This document shows, one piece after another, positions 36,473 through 46,461 of a stretch of DNA of 64,000 bases. The notes under the pieces are model-generated. The model saw nothing but the letters and a program-made list of their open reading frames with translations. It made no database searches and was not told the DNA's origin. The DNA lies in IMG/VR virus record IMGVR_UViG_3300042484_002006; one strand, written 5' to 3'. Position 1 is the first letter of the stretch, and the number at the start of each line of letters is the position of its first letter. The stretch comes from a virus. The position numbers were made by a program, and so were the translations under genes.

Positions 36473-39004
36473 ATGGCTAATACTATTTTAGTTAAGAATT
36501 CGGGTACAACTACGTCTGTACCTGCTTCTATGACTCATGGGGAACTGGCGTTAAACTATGCAGATGGCAAGTTATTCTATAAGAACGCATCTAATACTAT
36601 TGTTGGCGCTAAATTAATTACTGGAATTACTGGCACTACAGATCAAATTACTGTAACTGAAACCTCTGGCTCTTTTGTTGTAAGCTTACCATCCGCCGTC
36701 TCAGTTTCTGGCAATATAGCTGCTGGAGGCAACCTCGTCTCCAATAACTCATCTGGTGATGAGGGTGGTGAAATTTTCCTAAAGAAAGCAGTCACCAATA
36801 CCACCCTTACTGGTGGAATCACTATTGACGTTTGGCAAAACAGACTTCGTTTCTTTGAGCAAGGCGGAAATGCAAGAGGTTTTTATCTTGACATAAGTAC
36901 CGGAGGCGATGGTGTTGGCACCAGTCTTCTTGCTGGCGTACAAGGTCCACAAGGCCCTCAAGGAACCACAGGCTCCCAAGGAGCTACGGGCTCTCAAGGA
37001 GCCACAGGTTCTCAGGGTGCGACTGGCGCACAAGGCCCCCAAGGCCCTCAGGGTGATATTGGACCCCAAGGTTCAACTGGTTCTCAAGGTGCCACTGGTC
37101 CGCAAGGAGCCACCGGTCCCCAGGGCGCAACGGGCCCACAGGGTGCGAGTGGACCACAAGGGGACGCAGGAGTACAAGGTGCTACCGGCCCTCAGGGGGC
37201 AACAGGTTCCACTGGCGCTCAAGGAGACATAGGCCCACAAGGTTCTACTGGTCCCCAAGGTGCAACAGGGGCCACTGGATCTCAAGGACCACAGGGTTCA
37301 GCTGGCCCTCAAGGTGCAACAGGACCCCAGGGCTCAACAGGGGCGCAAGGTAGCGAAGGACCAGTTGGTGGAGATGGCCCACAAGGTGACGTTGGTCCGC
37401 AAGGAGCTACAGGTTCTCAAGGTGCAACTGGAGCACAAGGGTCAACGGGTCCGCAAGGCCCACAGGGGGACGTCGGTTCTCAAGGTGCAACCGGTGCTCA
37501 GGGAGCGACAGGAGCTCAAGGAGCAACAGGCTCCCAAGGTGCAACAGGATCACAAGGCGCAACAGGACCTCAGGGTTCAACAGGCGCCCAAGGGGATACG
37601 GGACCTCAGGGTTCAGTTGGTCCACAGGGTGACGTCGGACCTCAGGGAGCAGTTGGCTCGCAAGGAGCGCAAGGTGCAACAGGCCCCCAAGGCTCAACAG
37701 GATCTCAGGGATCTACAGGTCCCCAAGGTGCAACTGGGCCACAGGGGGATGCGGGAGCTCAGGGATCCGTTGGTCCACAGGGAGTTCAAGGTGCTACAGG
37801 ATCTCAGGGTAGCACTGGGGCACAGGGAGCAACGGGCTCTTTTGGCGGAGCAACTTTTTCATATAATTATTTAACAAGTACAGCAGACAGTGATCCCGGC
37901 ACAACAAACTTAAAGTTTGACAATACTCTTGCGACTGCAACTTTCTTATATATAGACCCAGTTGACAGTAACTCCATAGATGTATCTGCATATCTTGAAA
38001 CAATTGATGATTCAAGTTCCGCAATTAAGGGACACTTTAGGATAGAAGAAGTTGGAAATTCAGCGGTCTTTGCTTATTACGCAATAAGTGGAGCACACAC
38101 TTATGTATCCTCATATTATAAAGTTCCAGTTACTTATCTGACTGGCTCTTCTCCAACATGGGCAAATGGTCAAGATATAATTATTACATTTGTTCGTACT
38201 GGCGACAAAGGTGATACTGGTAATACAGGTGCACAAGGTGCAACTGGTTCGCAGGGTGCAACTGGTTCGCAGGGAGCAACTGGAGCTCAAGGAGCCACTG
38301 GCGCTCAGGGAGCTACTGGCACCACAGGAGACACGGGACCGCAAGGTTCCACGGGCCCTCAGGGATCAGTGGGACCACAAGGTGATACTGGCCCTCAAGG
38401 TCCGCAGGGAGCCACAGGAGCTCAAGGAGCAACAGGTGCCCAGGGAGCCACAGGTCCCCAAGGCGCAACTGGCCCCCAAGGAGATGTCGGATCCCAAGGC
38501 GCTACTGGCTCCCAAGGTGCAACTGGACCACAAGGACCCCAAGGCGCTACTGGCTCACAAGGCGCTACTGGCTCACAAGGTGCTGCTGGCCCCCAAGGAG
38601 ACACAGGTCCTCAAGGTTCTACTGGACCGCAAGGACCACAAGGCTCCATTGGTCCTCAGGGTGAAACAGGATCCCAGGGTTCGACAGGACCACAGGGAGC
38701 TACAGGTCCCCAAGGTTCTACTGGCCCACAAGGAAATATTGGCCCACAGGGAAGTACTGGACCACAAGGACCACAAGGTGCAACTGGATCTCAAGGCGCA
38801 ACAGGCAGTCAAGGAGCACAAGGTGCCACTGGTCCAGTCGCTGGTTCCGCTAATCAAGTTGTCTACAAAGATGGGTCAAACATTGCGGCCGGCAGTGCAA
38901 ACCTTACATTTAACGGCACAACATTGTCGGTGAGTTCCGTGAGTGTAGCAACTGTAAACAATGTGAGAGACAATATGATGAAATTTATAATGGAGGTTAT
39001 GTAA
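36473..39004 (+). CDS. collagen-like tail fibre/whisker protein
   Basis: N-terminal [15 protein letters not shown] (Mtd_N-like) and two uninterrupted Gly-X-Y blocks separated by a globular linker. Confidence 0.88.
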   Translation: MANTILVKNSGTTTSVPASMTHGELALNYADGKLFYKNASNTIVGAKLITGITGTTDQITVTETSGSFVVSLPSAVSVSGNIAAGGNLVSNNSSGDEGGEIFLKKAVTNTTLTGGITIDVWQNRLRFFEQGGNARGFYLDISTGGDGVGTSLLAGVQGPQGPQGTTGSQGATGSQGATGSQGATGAQGPQGPQGDIGPQGSTGSQGATGPQGATGPQGATGPQGASGPQGDAGVQGATGPQGATGSTGAQGDIGPQGSTGPQGATGATGSQGPQGSAGPQGATGPQGSTGAQGSEGPVGGDGPQGDVGPQGATGSQGATGAQGSTGPQGPQGDVGSQGATGAQGATGAQGATGSQGATGSQGATGPQGSTGAQGDTGPQGSVGPQGDVGPQGAVGSQGAQGATGPQGSTGSQGSTGPQGATGPQGDAGAQGSVGPQGVQGATGSQGSTGAQGATGSFGGATFSYNYLTSTADSDPGTTNLKFDNTLATATFLYIDPVDSNSIDVSAYLETIDDSSSAIKGHFRIEEVGNSAVFAYYAISGAHTYVSSYYKVPVTYLTGSSPTWANGQDIIITFVRTGDKGDTGNTGAQGATGSQGATGSQGATGAQGATGAQGATGTTGDTGPQGSTGPQGSVGPQGDTGPQGPQGATGAQGATGAQGATGPQGATGPQGDVGSQGATGSQGATGPQGPQGATGSQGATGSQGAAGPQGDTGPQGSTGPQGPQGSIGPQGETGSQGSTGPQGATGPQGSTGPQGNIGPQGSTGPQGPQGATGSQGATGSQGAQGATGPVAGSANQVVYKDGSNIAAGSANLTFNGTTLSVSSVSVATVNNVRDNMMKFIMEVM
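36935..37843 (+). repeat. collagen Gly-X-Y block 1 (~101 triplets)
   Basis: [12 protein letters not shown]/GDx triplets across 909 nt. Confidence 0.9.
38201..38839 (+). repeat. collagen Gly-X-Y block 2 (~71 triplets)
   Basis: Same triplet vocabulary across 639 nt. Confidence 0.9.
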
Positions 39005-39372
39005 TGCCCTTAACACAGAAAAGACTTGTCGGACCAGCAGCATTTGCTACGTCTGCAGGAGATATATACACCGTCCCATATAATGTTGGATACGTAACGA
39101 CGGTTGTAATTAAAGAAATTATTTTATGCAACACGTCTGCTTCCGCACAAACAGTAACGCTATATCTAAAGCCATACGGAGTAACTGTAGCAAGTTCGCA
39201 CATTTTTATTAACTCGCTAACACTTGCAGCTAACGAAACAGTGACATTGTCAACTTCAATGGTATTAACAAATAATAATAATACTGCTGGAGATACATAT
39301 TCAGATAAAATACGAGGACTAGCAAGCGCAGTAACGGTCAACTATATTTTGAATGGATACGAGGAATACTAA
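39004..39372 (+). CDS. small beta-rich fibre-associated structural protein
   Basis: IYTVP...IKEIILCN...TVTL...LAANET jelly-roll-like pattern. TAATG-coupled to the collagen gene. Confidence 0.6.
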   Translation: MPLTQKRLVGPAAFATSAGDIYTVPYNVGYVTTVVIKEIILCNTSASAQTVTLYLKPYGVTVASSHIFINSLTLAANETVTLSTSMVLTNNNNTAGDTYSDKIRGLASAVTVNYILNGYEEY

Positions 39373-39373
39373 A

Positions 39374-40147
39374 ATGGGAAAGTTCATTTTTACGAATGGA
39401 GGTGGTCTGAGCGTCGCCTCTGGACCATCAACAACGTCAAAAGCGAACTCCAACCTCACTGGTTTCCTTGATGCACCAGACCCAGTTTATGGTTCAGGCG
39501 CAGACGGCTCTGCTACCTTGGATGGATCAGCGACAGTTCTGAGCATGGCACCATTGTCTTCCGTCTATACAGCAACAAGAGATTTATTCTTTTATAATCT
39601 AATAATTGCAGACAACGTTAGATTAAATCCCGCAGGGTATAGAATTTTTGTTCAAAATGTTTTAACGCTTGGTAATGGTTCAATCATTGGCCACACCGCA
39701 GGATTTTCAACTACTGGTTCAGTTCAACAGGGCGGAGCTGCAAATAGCGGGGCATTGACGCATAGTCTTGGCGGCTCGAGTGCAACGGCAGGAGTTACTG
39801 CACCAACTGCAGGAACAGGCGGGACCGACTACTATAAACAGCCTTTCCAAGCAATTAAAGGGTATTCCATTACGGGAACATCGACTACTGTAACTCCCTT
39901 ACGTGGTGGCGCTGGCGGCACTGTTGGAGTGGGCGGTGGAGTAGTTATTCTTGCAGCAAGATACATCGGTCTTTCTAGCGGTACGGCAAGCATCAAGGCA
40001 CCAGGAACTGCTGGTGCAAACGGCGGTGGCGGTGGAGTGGTGATTATTATTTCTTCCGCTGGAGTTCTGACTTCTGGCGTATCAACCGATGTCACTGGTG
40101 GAACTAGCTGTAGCGCGGGTACTGTTATTTATTCGCAGGTAGTATGA
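39374..40147 (+). CDS. glycine-rich fibre/adhesin protein
   Basis: YGSGADGSATLDG N-domain and GGAGG..GGGVVIL..GGGGGVVII. Confidence 0.7.
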   Translation: MGKFIFTNGGGLSVASGPSTTSKANSNLTGFLDAPDPVYGSGADGSATLDGSATVLSMAPLSSVYTATRDLFFYNLIIADNVRLNPAGYRIFVQNVLTLGNGSIIGHTAGFSTTGSVQQGGAANSGALTHSLGGSSATAGVTAPTAGTGGTDYYKQPFQAIKGYSITGTSTTVTPLRGGAGGTVGVGGGVVILAARYIGLSSGTASIKAPGTAGANGGGGGVVIIISSAGVLTSGVSTDVTGGTSCSAGTVIYSQVV

Positions 40148-40148
40148 A

Positions 40149-41897
40149 ATGGCAATTAGAAGAGTAAATAAACCCATTGTCCAAAGAGAAGGTGGAGACG
40201 CCATCTTTGGCGAAGGTACTGATGGCGCAGCTACATTTGACGGCACAGCTACAGTAATTTCATTAGCTCCAACTTCAAATGTTTATAAATTAGTAAAAGA
40301 CATATACTGTACTAATCTTACGGTTAATAGTGGTGTTACATTATTTACAAATGGATTCCGCGTTTTTGTCAATGGAACTTTCACAAATAACGGAACAGTT
40401 GGTATGCCCGCCGCAGTTACTCACTCTGTAGCAGATGGAAGCGGAACAATTGCCGGAAGACAAACTTCCCTCAATCCATCTAAAGCTTGGGGTACAAGTA
40501 CAGATCCAATATCTGTAACAGATCTTTATGATCTAGATGACGCGGTATCTGGATTTTTTATTACCGGCGCAGGAGTTGTCACAAAGATCGCTGGAGGTTC
40601 ATTAGGGGTAGTTGGCTCTAACGGTACAACCACTGCAGCTACTGGACCATTTGCTGGAAACGCTGGGAGCTATCCTGGAGCCAATGTAGGGCAGGCTGGC
40701 GGTGCAGGAAATGCAGGAACCGCTGGCAACCCAGCAACTGCGGGAACTGGTGGAGCTGGTGGTCTTGGTGGTGGATTAGTTATTATTTTTGCCAAGACAA
40801 TTGCAGGTAGTGGGACTTTAGTGAGTTATGGAGTAGCTGGAACGGCGGGAACTCCATCTACGCCTGGCGCTGCTGGGCCAGCAGGAAACCCTGCTCCTAA
40901 CATAACGTCGTATCATACTACAGGCACATACCATCATCCCGCTGGTTCAACTGGACCTAACCCCGGCGCTGGTACACCACATCCAGCTGGTCATAACTCT
41001 GGCACTCATCCAACTTCTCATCACCACCCCGCTGGTTCGACTGGACCAAACCCTGGCGCTGGTACACCACATCCTTCTGGGCATCATGATGGATATTATC
41101 ACCATCCAGCTAATTCACTTCTTGCTATAAGTCCACACCATGCTACAGTATATCCAGCTGGACACAATCCCGGTAACCCACACGCCGCTGGACATAACTC
41201 TGGAACAGGATATCATCATCATCCTGCTGGAAATACTCATGGATCTCATCCATCAAATGGTCCTAGAAATTTTACCAACCACAATGCAACGGTTTCTGGA
41301 AAAAACCACAATGCGGGACATGGATATCATCATCATGGTTCTGGTACTCCGCATGGACATCATCCAGCGGGCGGACCCCACAATGCATTCAGTCATCATA
41401 ACGGCACATATCACGGCGCTGGTCACAACTCAACTTATCATCCCTCTGGTCATAATTCTGGAAATCATAATCATCCAGCTAACGCCCCACATTCTGGTAA
41501 GCCAAGCCATAACGCAACAGTTTATAATGCAAGTCATAATGCTGGTACACACCCGACTACTCATCACCACCCTGCGGGATCAACTGGACCTAATCCTGGC
41601 GCAGGAACACCACACCCATCTGGCCACAACTCCGGAACACACCCGCACACCGCAGCTACCCTTAATGTCACAACAGGAGCGGTAACTAGCAACAGATCTG
41701 CCGCCCCTAGTCATAGTGCTCCTACTCTTAACTACAGCGGAGGAGCTGGAGGTGCAGCTGGTGCAGCTGGTACAGCTAATCCTGGGGCAACAGGAGCTAC
41801 AGGCTCAACTGGTGGAATAGTTGTTGTTACTAGAAACGCTGGAAATGTTGCAAGTCAAATAGGCCATTCAAATTATAGCAAAGTAATTGATATCTAA
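40149..41897 (+). CDS. glycine-rich fibre/adhesin protein with His-rich insertion
   Basis: Paralogous FGEGTDGAATFDG N-domain, Gly-rich strands and a ~250-aa His/Gly/Pro/Asn-rich insert. Confidence 0.75.
   Translation: MAIRRVNKPIVQREGGDAIFGEGTDGAATFDGTATVISLAPTSNVYKLVKDIYCTNLTVNSGVTLFTNGFRVFVNGTFTNNGTVGMPAAVTHSVADGSGTIAGRQTSLNPSKAWGTSTDPISVTDLYDLDDAVSGFFITGAGVVTKIAGGSLGVVGSNGTTTAATGPFAGNAGSYPGANVGQAGGAGNAGTAGNPATAGTGGAGGLGGGLVIIFAKTIAGSGTLVSYGVAGTAGTPSTPGAAGPAGNPAPNITSYHTTGTYHHPAGSTGPNPGAGTPHPAGHNSGTHPTSHHHPAGSTGPNPGAGTPHPSGHHDGYYHHPANSLLAISPHHATVYPAGHNPGNPHAAGHNSGTGYHHHPAGNTHGSHPSNGPRNFTNHNATVSGKNHNAGHGYHHHGSGTPHGHHPAGGPHNAFSHHNGTYHGAGHNSTYHPSGHNSGNHNHPANAPHSGKPSHNATVYNASHNAGTHPTTHHHPAGSTGPNPGAGTPHPSGHNSGTHPHTAATLNVTTGAVTSNRSAAPSHSAPTLNYSGGAGGAAGAAGTANPGATGATGSTGGIVVVTRNAGNVASQIGHSNYSKVIDI
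40932..41640 (+). repeat. His-rich repeats (HHPAGSTGPNPGAGTPHPxGH x3 plus GHN/HHP motifs)
   Basis: Copies start near 40932, 41022 and 41565, with synonymous divergence. Confidence 0.8.
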
Positions 41898-41903
41898 ATC
41901 AAC

Positions 41904-41932
41904 TTGAAAAAACAATAATTATACACTATAAT
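41904..41932 (+). promoter_or_regulatory. sigma70-type promoter for the oxygenase/halogenase operon
   Basis: TTGAAA(41904-09)-17 nt-TATAAT(41927-32). Confidence 0.65.
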
Positions 41933-41957
41933 ATTAACAAACAAAAAAGGAAGAAAA

Positions 41958-42206
41958 ATGAATTTTTTTAACTCTTTAAGTAATGAAAGAAAGCTTCAAG
42001 CTATAGATTCTAGAATTGATGGATTGAAAGAACAAATGTACGGCATGCTTGTCGCATCTGGTGTAAATCCAGAAGAAATTGACATATTAACTTTTGATCC
42101 CCAATCTGAAATTGACGCTCCATTCCAGGGCTACGTATCTGAATTGCAACGCCTATTAGATTTATGTAAAACAGTTATTGCTATCCGTGAACAGGTGGCA
42201 GCATAA
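41958..42206 (+). CDS. small helical protein (paralog of 46210-46449)
   Basis: LSNERKLQAI...L...Y..L..SGVNPEEID. Confidence 0.65.
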   Translation: MNFFNSLSNERKLQAIDSRIDGLKEQMYGMLVASGVNPEEIDILTFDPQSEIDAPFQGYVSELQRLLDLCKTVIAIREQVAA

Positions 42207-42208
42207 AA

Positions 42209-42799
42209 ATGAAAATGATAGAACATGCCCCCTGCATTGTGCAGTATGATAATGTTTTCGATCCAGGAAATTTTATTCATCTTCTTGAAGAAGAGTGTAG
42301 TCAGGCATGGGGATATCTTCATTGGGAACGCTCAACTGTTGGGTCAGGAGTTGTTGCTCCGATAAGAACATCAATGAGTTGTGAACTAGGTCCTATTGGT
42401 AGTGAAGACATTTCAGTAGAAAGAGTCTTACCACTTGCTCAAGAATGGGTAAGAATCTGGCAATCAATAGATCCATATGTTTGGGACTATAGAAATACTT
42501 TCGAAATTGATCTAGAGGCCGACGAGGGGTATCGTGTATTAAAATACGGTGGCGGCGCATCATATCATGCTCACCACGATCATTGGCGAGACAATTCAAG
42601 AACACTAAGCTTAGTTGCGTTCTTGAATGATGGTTACTCAGGTGGAAATTTAACTTTTCCAAAATTTGATATATCAATTACGCCTAAAACTGGTAGTGTT
42701 ATTCTGTTTCCCTCCAACTTTCCATATACCCATATAGCAGAACCTGTAGGTTTCAATGATGAAACAATTAAATATTCTTTAGTGACGTGGTTTAGATGA
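42209..42799 (+). CDS. 2OG-Fe(II) oxygenase (prolyl-4-hydroxylase-like)
   Basis: YHAHHD (HxD), GGNLTF, THIAEPV (distal His) and KYSLVTW. Confidence 0.88.
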   Translation: MKMIEHAPCIVQYDNVFDPGNFIHLLEEECSQAWGYLHWERSTVGSGVVAPIRTSMSCELGPIGSEDISVERVLPLAQEWVRIWQSIDPYVWDYRNTFEIDLEADEGYRVLKYGGGASYHAHHDHWRDNSRTLSLVAFLNDGYSGGNLTFPKFDISITPKTGSVILFPSNFPYTHIAEPVGFNDETIKYSLVTWFR

Positions 42800-42972
42800 G
42801 TCCAGAGCAGCCTCCGCAAGATTCAAATGTAGATGAAGGTATTAACGAAGTTTATTTTGATACTACTGATGGAAGATATAAGAGAGTTGGGCAGGCTGAA
42901 ACTACATGCGACATATATGTCGATGTACCAGTGCTCTTTGATTTAGATGAAAAGGAAAAATATGACCTATAA
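42796..42972 (+). CDS. small acidic protein (58 aa)
   Basis: ATGA overlap with the oxygenase. Not in the ORF track. Confidence 0.5.
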   Translation: MSPEQPPQDSNVDEGINEVYFDTTDGRYKRVGQAETTCDIYVDVPVLFDLDEKEKYDL

Positions 42973-43231
42973 TATTGAAAAAGATTTTTTATATATTCAA
43001 AACAATTTGTTTGCCACGATAGAATCGATTGGTTTAGATTGTGATAACATTGATTCCTACACTTTAGTGCAATTACTGGAGCAGTGCGCCGTCATATATG
43101 GTTCTTCTTCTTACGATGAAGAATCTCCAGCAGAATGCGAAAGATACGCCTCACTCCGTAGGTCTCAAATGAACATTCGTAGATTCTGGTACTATTACAC
43201 ACTTTTAAAATGGAGAATAGAAAATGCTTAA
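42962..43231 (+). CDS. small helical protein
   Basis: IQNNLFATIESIGLDCDNID weakly resembles the 41958/46210 pair. Confidence 0.55.
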   Translation: MTYNIEKDFLYIQNNLFATIESIGLDCDNIDSYTLVQLLEQCAVIYGSSSYDEESPAECERYASLRRSQMNIRRFWYYYTLLKWRIENA

Positions 43232-43946
43232 GAAGAATCCTAGCTTATATGATATTAGCTTGCTAAGTCGGCAGCTAAGCAATAGTCCCGGAGCTAATTA
43301 TAACGCTGAAGAAATAGCAGATTTTTGTCAACGTTCATTATCAGAAGAATTAGAAGCTGGCGTAGATAGAAGTCGTCAGGCAATTGGATTTATAACTACT
43401 CTAAATTATTTAGAATTCCTATCTCCACCAACTAGCCCTTCACATGAAGTAGCCGCAATTAACTTCTTGATGGTTGAAATGCTCGTAGCCTTACAGAAGC
43501 CTTCAAAAATATTGTTAGCCCCCTTTGGTTATAGAGGTCTTGACATAAATTATCCTCTTTTCAAGGAGAATAATGTTTCAGAAATTCACGTAATGAATTT
43601 ACCACTTCTAGACTATGTTGAGCGCCTTTGGAATATTAATATTGCAGATGAGCACACTATAGGTATGCAGGATATCCAAGATGGAAACTTTGACAATGAC
43701 TACAATCTTATTGTGGCGTATTTAGAAAACCTTTGTCACGACGATCAAATGCTAAATGGTATGGTCGATCACTTGTCTAGTGGTGGCTCATTATTGTTGA
43801 TGGCTACAAATGATCTAGGCGGCCTCTATGTTAATCAAGAAGCCCACCCCTATTACCACCCCCATCAAATGCTCTGTCAGAGAGAAGATGTAATAACTTT
43901 CCACCTACCTTTTGCGCTTGGATATACATTGGTCATTAAAAAATGA
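43224..43946 (+). CDS. methyltransferase-fold protein (degenerate)
   Basis: LQKPSKILL...YNLIVA...LSSGGSLLL pattern. Motif I is atypical. Confidence 0.45.
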   Translation: MLKKNPSLYDISLLSRQLSNSPGANYNAEEIADFCQRSLSEELEAGVDRSRQAIGFITTLNYLEFLSPPTSPSHEVAAINFLMVEMLVALQKPSKILLAPFGYRGLDINYPLFKENNVSEIHVMNLPLLDYVERLWNINIADEHTIGMQDIQDGNFDNDYNLIVAYLENLCHDDQMLNGMVDHLSSGGSLLLMATNDLGGLYVNQEAHPYYHPHQMLCQREDVITFHLPFALGYTLVIKK

Positions 43947-45418
43947 ATGAAAAAAAAATTGCTATTATTGGTTCAGGAACAGCAGGACTAATTGCTGCGC
44001 TTATAATTAAATCTCTTTTTGAAAGTTACACAGTAACAGTAGTTTCTTCTAGTAAAAAGGGAATCATAGGAGTCGGGGAAGGCTCAACAGAGCACTGGAG
44101 AATCTTTCAGGATCTTGTTGGAATTAGAGCTGACGATATGGTTAAGAACGCTGACATTACCCATAAGTACGGGATACGTTATGAGAATTGGACAAACCAT
44201 ACTCCAGATTATTTTCACAGTGTAGGTGGAACGGGATTAAACGTTAATACTTTTTTTGGAAGCTACGCCTATGCCTTAGAAAATGAATTATTGTTAACTA
44301 ATACTTTTTCATGGAAAGGTTTAGTAGATGATAAGATAGTAGACCTAGGAAATGATACACATCTAGGATGTAATCAATATCATTTTGATACATTTAAATT
44401 AAATTCATTTCTTACCAATATTGCAAGAAGTAAAAAAATAGTATTCATAGATGATGAAGTATCAGATCTAAAAATAGATGAAGATGGTTACATTGAAAGT
44501 ATTTATTTAAATAATAATAAAAAATACTTAGAGGCGGATTTCTTTGTTGATGCTACAGGGTTCAATCGTGAAATTTTAAGTAAGATTTCTGATCAAACAT
44601 TTATACCCTATCGTAAATACTTACCATGTGATAAGGCTATAGCATTCCCTACGGAGTCAGATCCATCAGGAAGAATAAGACCTTATACTAGAGCCAGAGC
44701 TTTAAGTAATGGGTGGATGTGGGAAATTCCTACTCAAATGCGAAGAGGCAATGGGTATGTGTTTGCTTCTGATTTTTGCACTGTTGATCAGGCAATAGAA
44801 GAAGCTTCAAAAGTTCATGGATTTGAAGTAAAGCCAGCTAAGGTTATAGATTTTAATTCTGGTTATTTTAAAACAACTTGGAAAAATAATTGTGTAGCAG
44901 TTGGTTTATCGGCAGCTTTTGTAGAGCCATTAGAGGCTACTTCCATTTCAACAACAATCCAACAAGTAAGAATACTATGCTCGTACCTGCCAACATTCTC
45001 AAAAGAAAAGACGTACGGCATCAAAGAGTATCATCGAATTATGGATTCAGTCATGGAAAATATTTTGTGCATGATCGCCCTTCATTATGTATCGGATAGA
45101 TCAGACTCAGAAATGTGGAGAGCTCAACAAGAAGCTGAAAAACCCGAACTTTTACAACATCTATTAGAAGTTTGGAATGTCCATTCTCCCGAGATTCATG
45201 ATGTTCCTTCCACCGGATTTGAATTGTTTGCCGCAGCACACCTTTGGCATGTTGCTCAAGGTCAAGGAGTTCTAAATAAAGAAGTAGCATCTATCGAACT
45301 TGATGCCTATAATTCTCGTAAAGTCATTAGAGAAGACTTATCAAATATATCAAAGAATCTTTTAAAACAGAAACTGGTCGATCATGCGGAAGCGCTCGCA
45401 AAAACTAAAAATAGTTAG
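43943..45418 (+). CDS. flavin-dependent halogenase (tryptophan halogenase/PrnA family)
   Basis: GSGTAG, GVGEGST, THKYGIRY (catalytic Lys position), WMWEIP, GNGYVF and FVEPLEATSI. Confidence 0.9.
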   Translation: MNEKKIAIIGSGTAGLIAALIIKSLFESYTVTVVSSSKKGIIGVGEGSTEHWRIFQDLVGIRADDMVKNADITHKYGIRYENWTNHTPDYFHSVGGTGLNVNTFFGSYAYALENELLLTNTFSWKGLVDDKIVDLGNDTHLGCNQYHFDTFKLNSFLTNIARSKKIVFIDDEVSDLKIDEDGYIESIYLNNNKKYLEADFFVDATGFNREILSKISDQTFIPYRKYLPCDKAIAFPTESDPSGRIRPYTRARALSNGWMWEIPTQMRRGNGYVFASDFCTVDQAIEEASKVHGFEVKPAKVIDFNSGYFKTTWKNNCVAVGLSAAFVEPLEATSISTTIQQVRILCSYLPTFSKEKTYGIKEYHRIMDSVMENILCMIALHYVSDRSDSEMWRAQQEAEKPELLQHLLEVWNVHSPEIHDVPSTGFELFAAAHLWHVAQGQGVLNKEVASIELDAYNSRKVIREDLSNISKNLLKQKLVDHAEALAKTKNS

Positions 45419-46199
45419 TCCTCGTATATTTAATGAGATACCTAAATTAAAGGGTGGAGAGGTATTCATTACTCCTCAATCTAAATTCCTTATGGATGAT
45501 TCTTGTCGCCCATATAAGAATAATGGAAATTGGCCTGAATGGTGGAAGAATCTAAGCGGCAATGAAGGAAGCGTCAAGAGATGCTCTGGTACATCTGACT
45601 ATTTGGCTTCTGGTTTTACTATTCCACTTTGGGCTAGCCTTATGTTTAGACCATCGATAAACGGAAAAATGTGGGAAGTTAAATTTGACTTGACCAATGA
45701 AGTAGGGGATTTTGGAATAGAGGGATTTAGTTATGACCAAACTGGAGAGTGTCCAGTAAGTCAAATCAGAAAACTGCCCCAAGCAAACTATGTTAAAGTA
45801 ATTAATCCTTGGCTAATTAAAACTGCACCAGGATGGTCGTGCCTGTTCCTGCCTACGCTCTGGGATCCAAATCCTAATTATACAATGCTTCCAGCAATAG
45901 TTAATACGGATTACTATCATAATGCTCACATGGTAATGAATATCTTAACGGATGAACCATTTGAGCTAGAAGCTGGTAAAGCAATCTGGCACGTTATTCC
46001 TTTTAAAAGAGAGAAAGATATTAAAATCACGTGGGGCGACGAAATTGCGTACACTCTTCTTAGATGGCGTGGATTTGGTGGCGCTTTTATGGCTAAAAGA
46101 CAAAAGAGTAAGTACAAGAGAATGCAGAGAGAAGCAGATGCAGAAGTTCAAGTGAACAACAAATCTCTTTTTAGTAAAATATTTAAATCTAAGAATTAG
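45384..46199 (+). CDS. conserved phage protein typical of oxygenase clusters
   Basis: GFTIPLW...NPWLIKTAPGWSCLF...LPAIVNTDYY...VIPFKRE. Confidence 0.6.
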   Translation: MRKRSQKLKIVSPRIFNEIPKLKGGEVFITPQSKFLMDDSCRPYKNNGNWPEWWKNLSGNEGSVKRCSGTSDYLASGFTIPLWASLMFRPSINGKMWEVKFDLTNEVGDFGIEGFSYDQTGECPVSQIRKLPQANYVKVINPWLIKTAPGWSCLFLPTLWDPNPNYTMLPAIVNTDYYHNAHMVMNILTDEPFELEAGKAIWHVIPFKREKDIKITWGDEIAYTLLRWRGFGGAFMAKRQKSKYKRMQREADAEVQVNNKSLFSKIFKSKN

Positions 46200-46209
46200 G
46201 AGAAATTTA

Positions 46210-46449
46210 ATGGAATTTATATTGTCTCAGAATCAAAAGGCATTAGCTATACAAACTGCGCGTACACGCTTGGAGTCGGAACTATTTGCATGTGCAATAT
46301 TAGCCGGTATTAATCCAGAAGAGCTAGAGTTTACTAATGGAGCTTTTACGTGGCAGCCGACAGTAACAAATTCTTCCTGGAAAGACCCCGCCGAATCAAG
46401 ATTAAGAGATATACTGGATGTATATGAAAGACTATTGTCACGCAATTAG
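46210..46449 (+). CDS. small helical protein (paralog of 41958-42206)
   Basis: LSQNQKALAI...LESELF..AILAGINPEELE. Confidence 0.65.
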   Translation: MEFILSQNQKALAIQTARTRLESELFACAILAGINPEELEFTNGAFTWQPTVTNSSWKDPAESRLRDILDVYERLLSRN

Positions 46450-46461
46450 GAAGATCATTAA

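Noticed and set aside
36779-38933. Long alternative-frame and antisense ORFs in the collagen gene (e.g. 37260-37874, 38190-38933)
   Set aside because: Expected artefacts of stop-poor GGN-rich triplet repeats. No RBS or independent motifs.
36473-41897. Diversity-generating retroelement acting on the fibre genes
   Set aside because: No reverse transcriptase and no template/variable repeat pair differing at adenines. The repeats are in-frame peptide repeats with synonymous changes.
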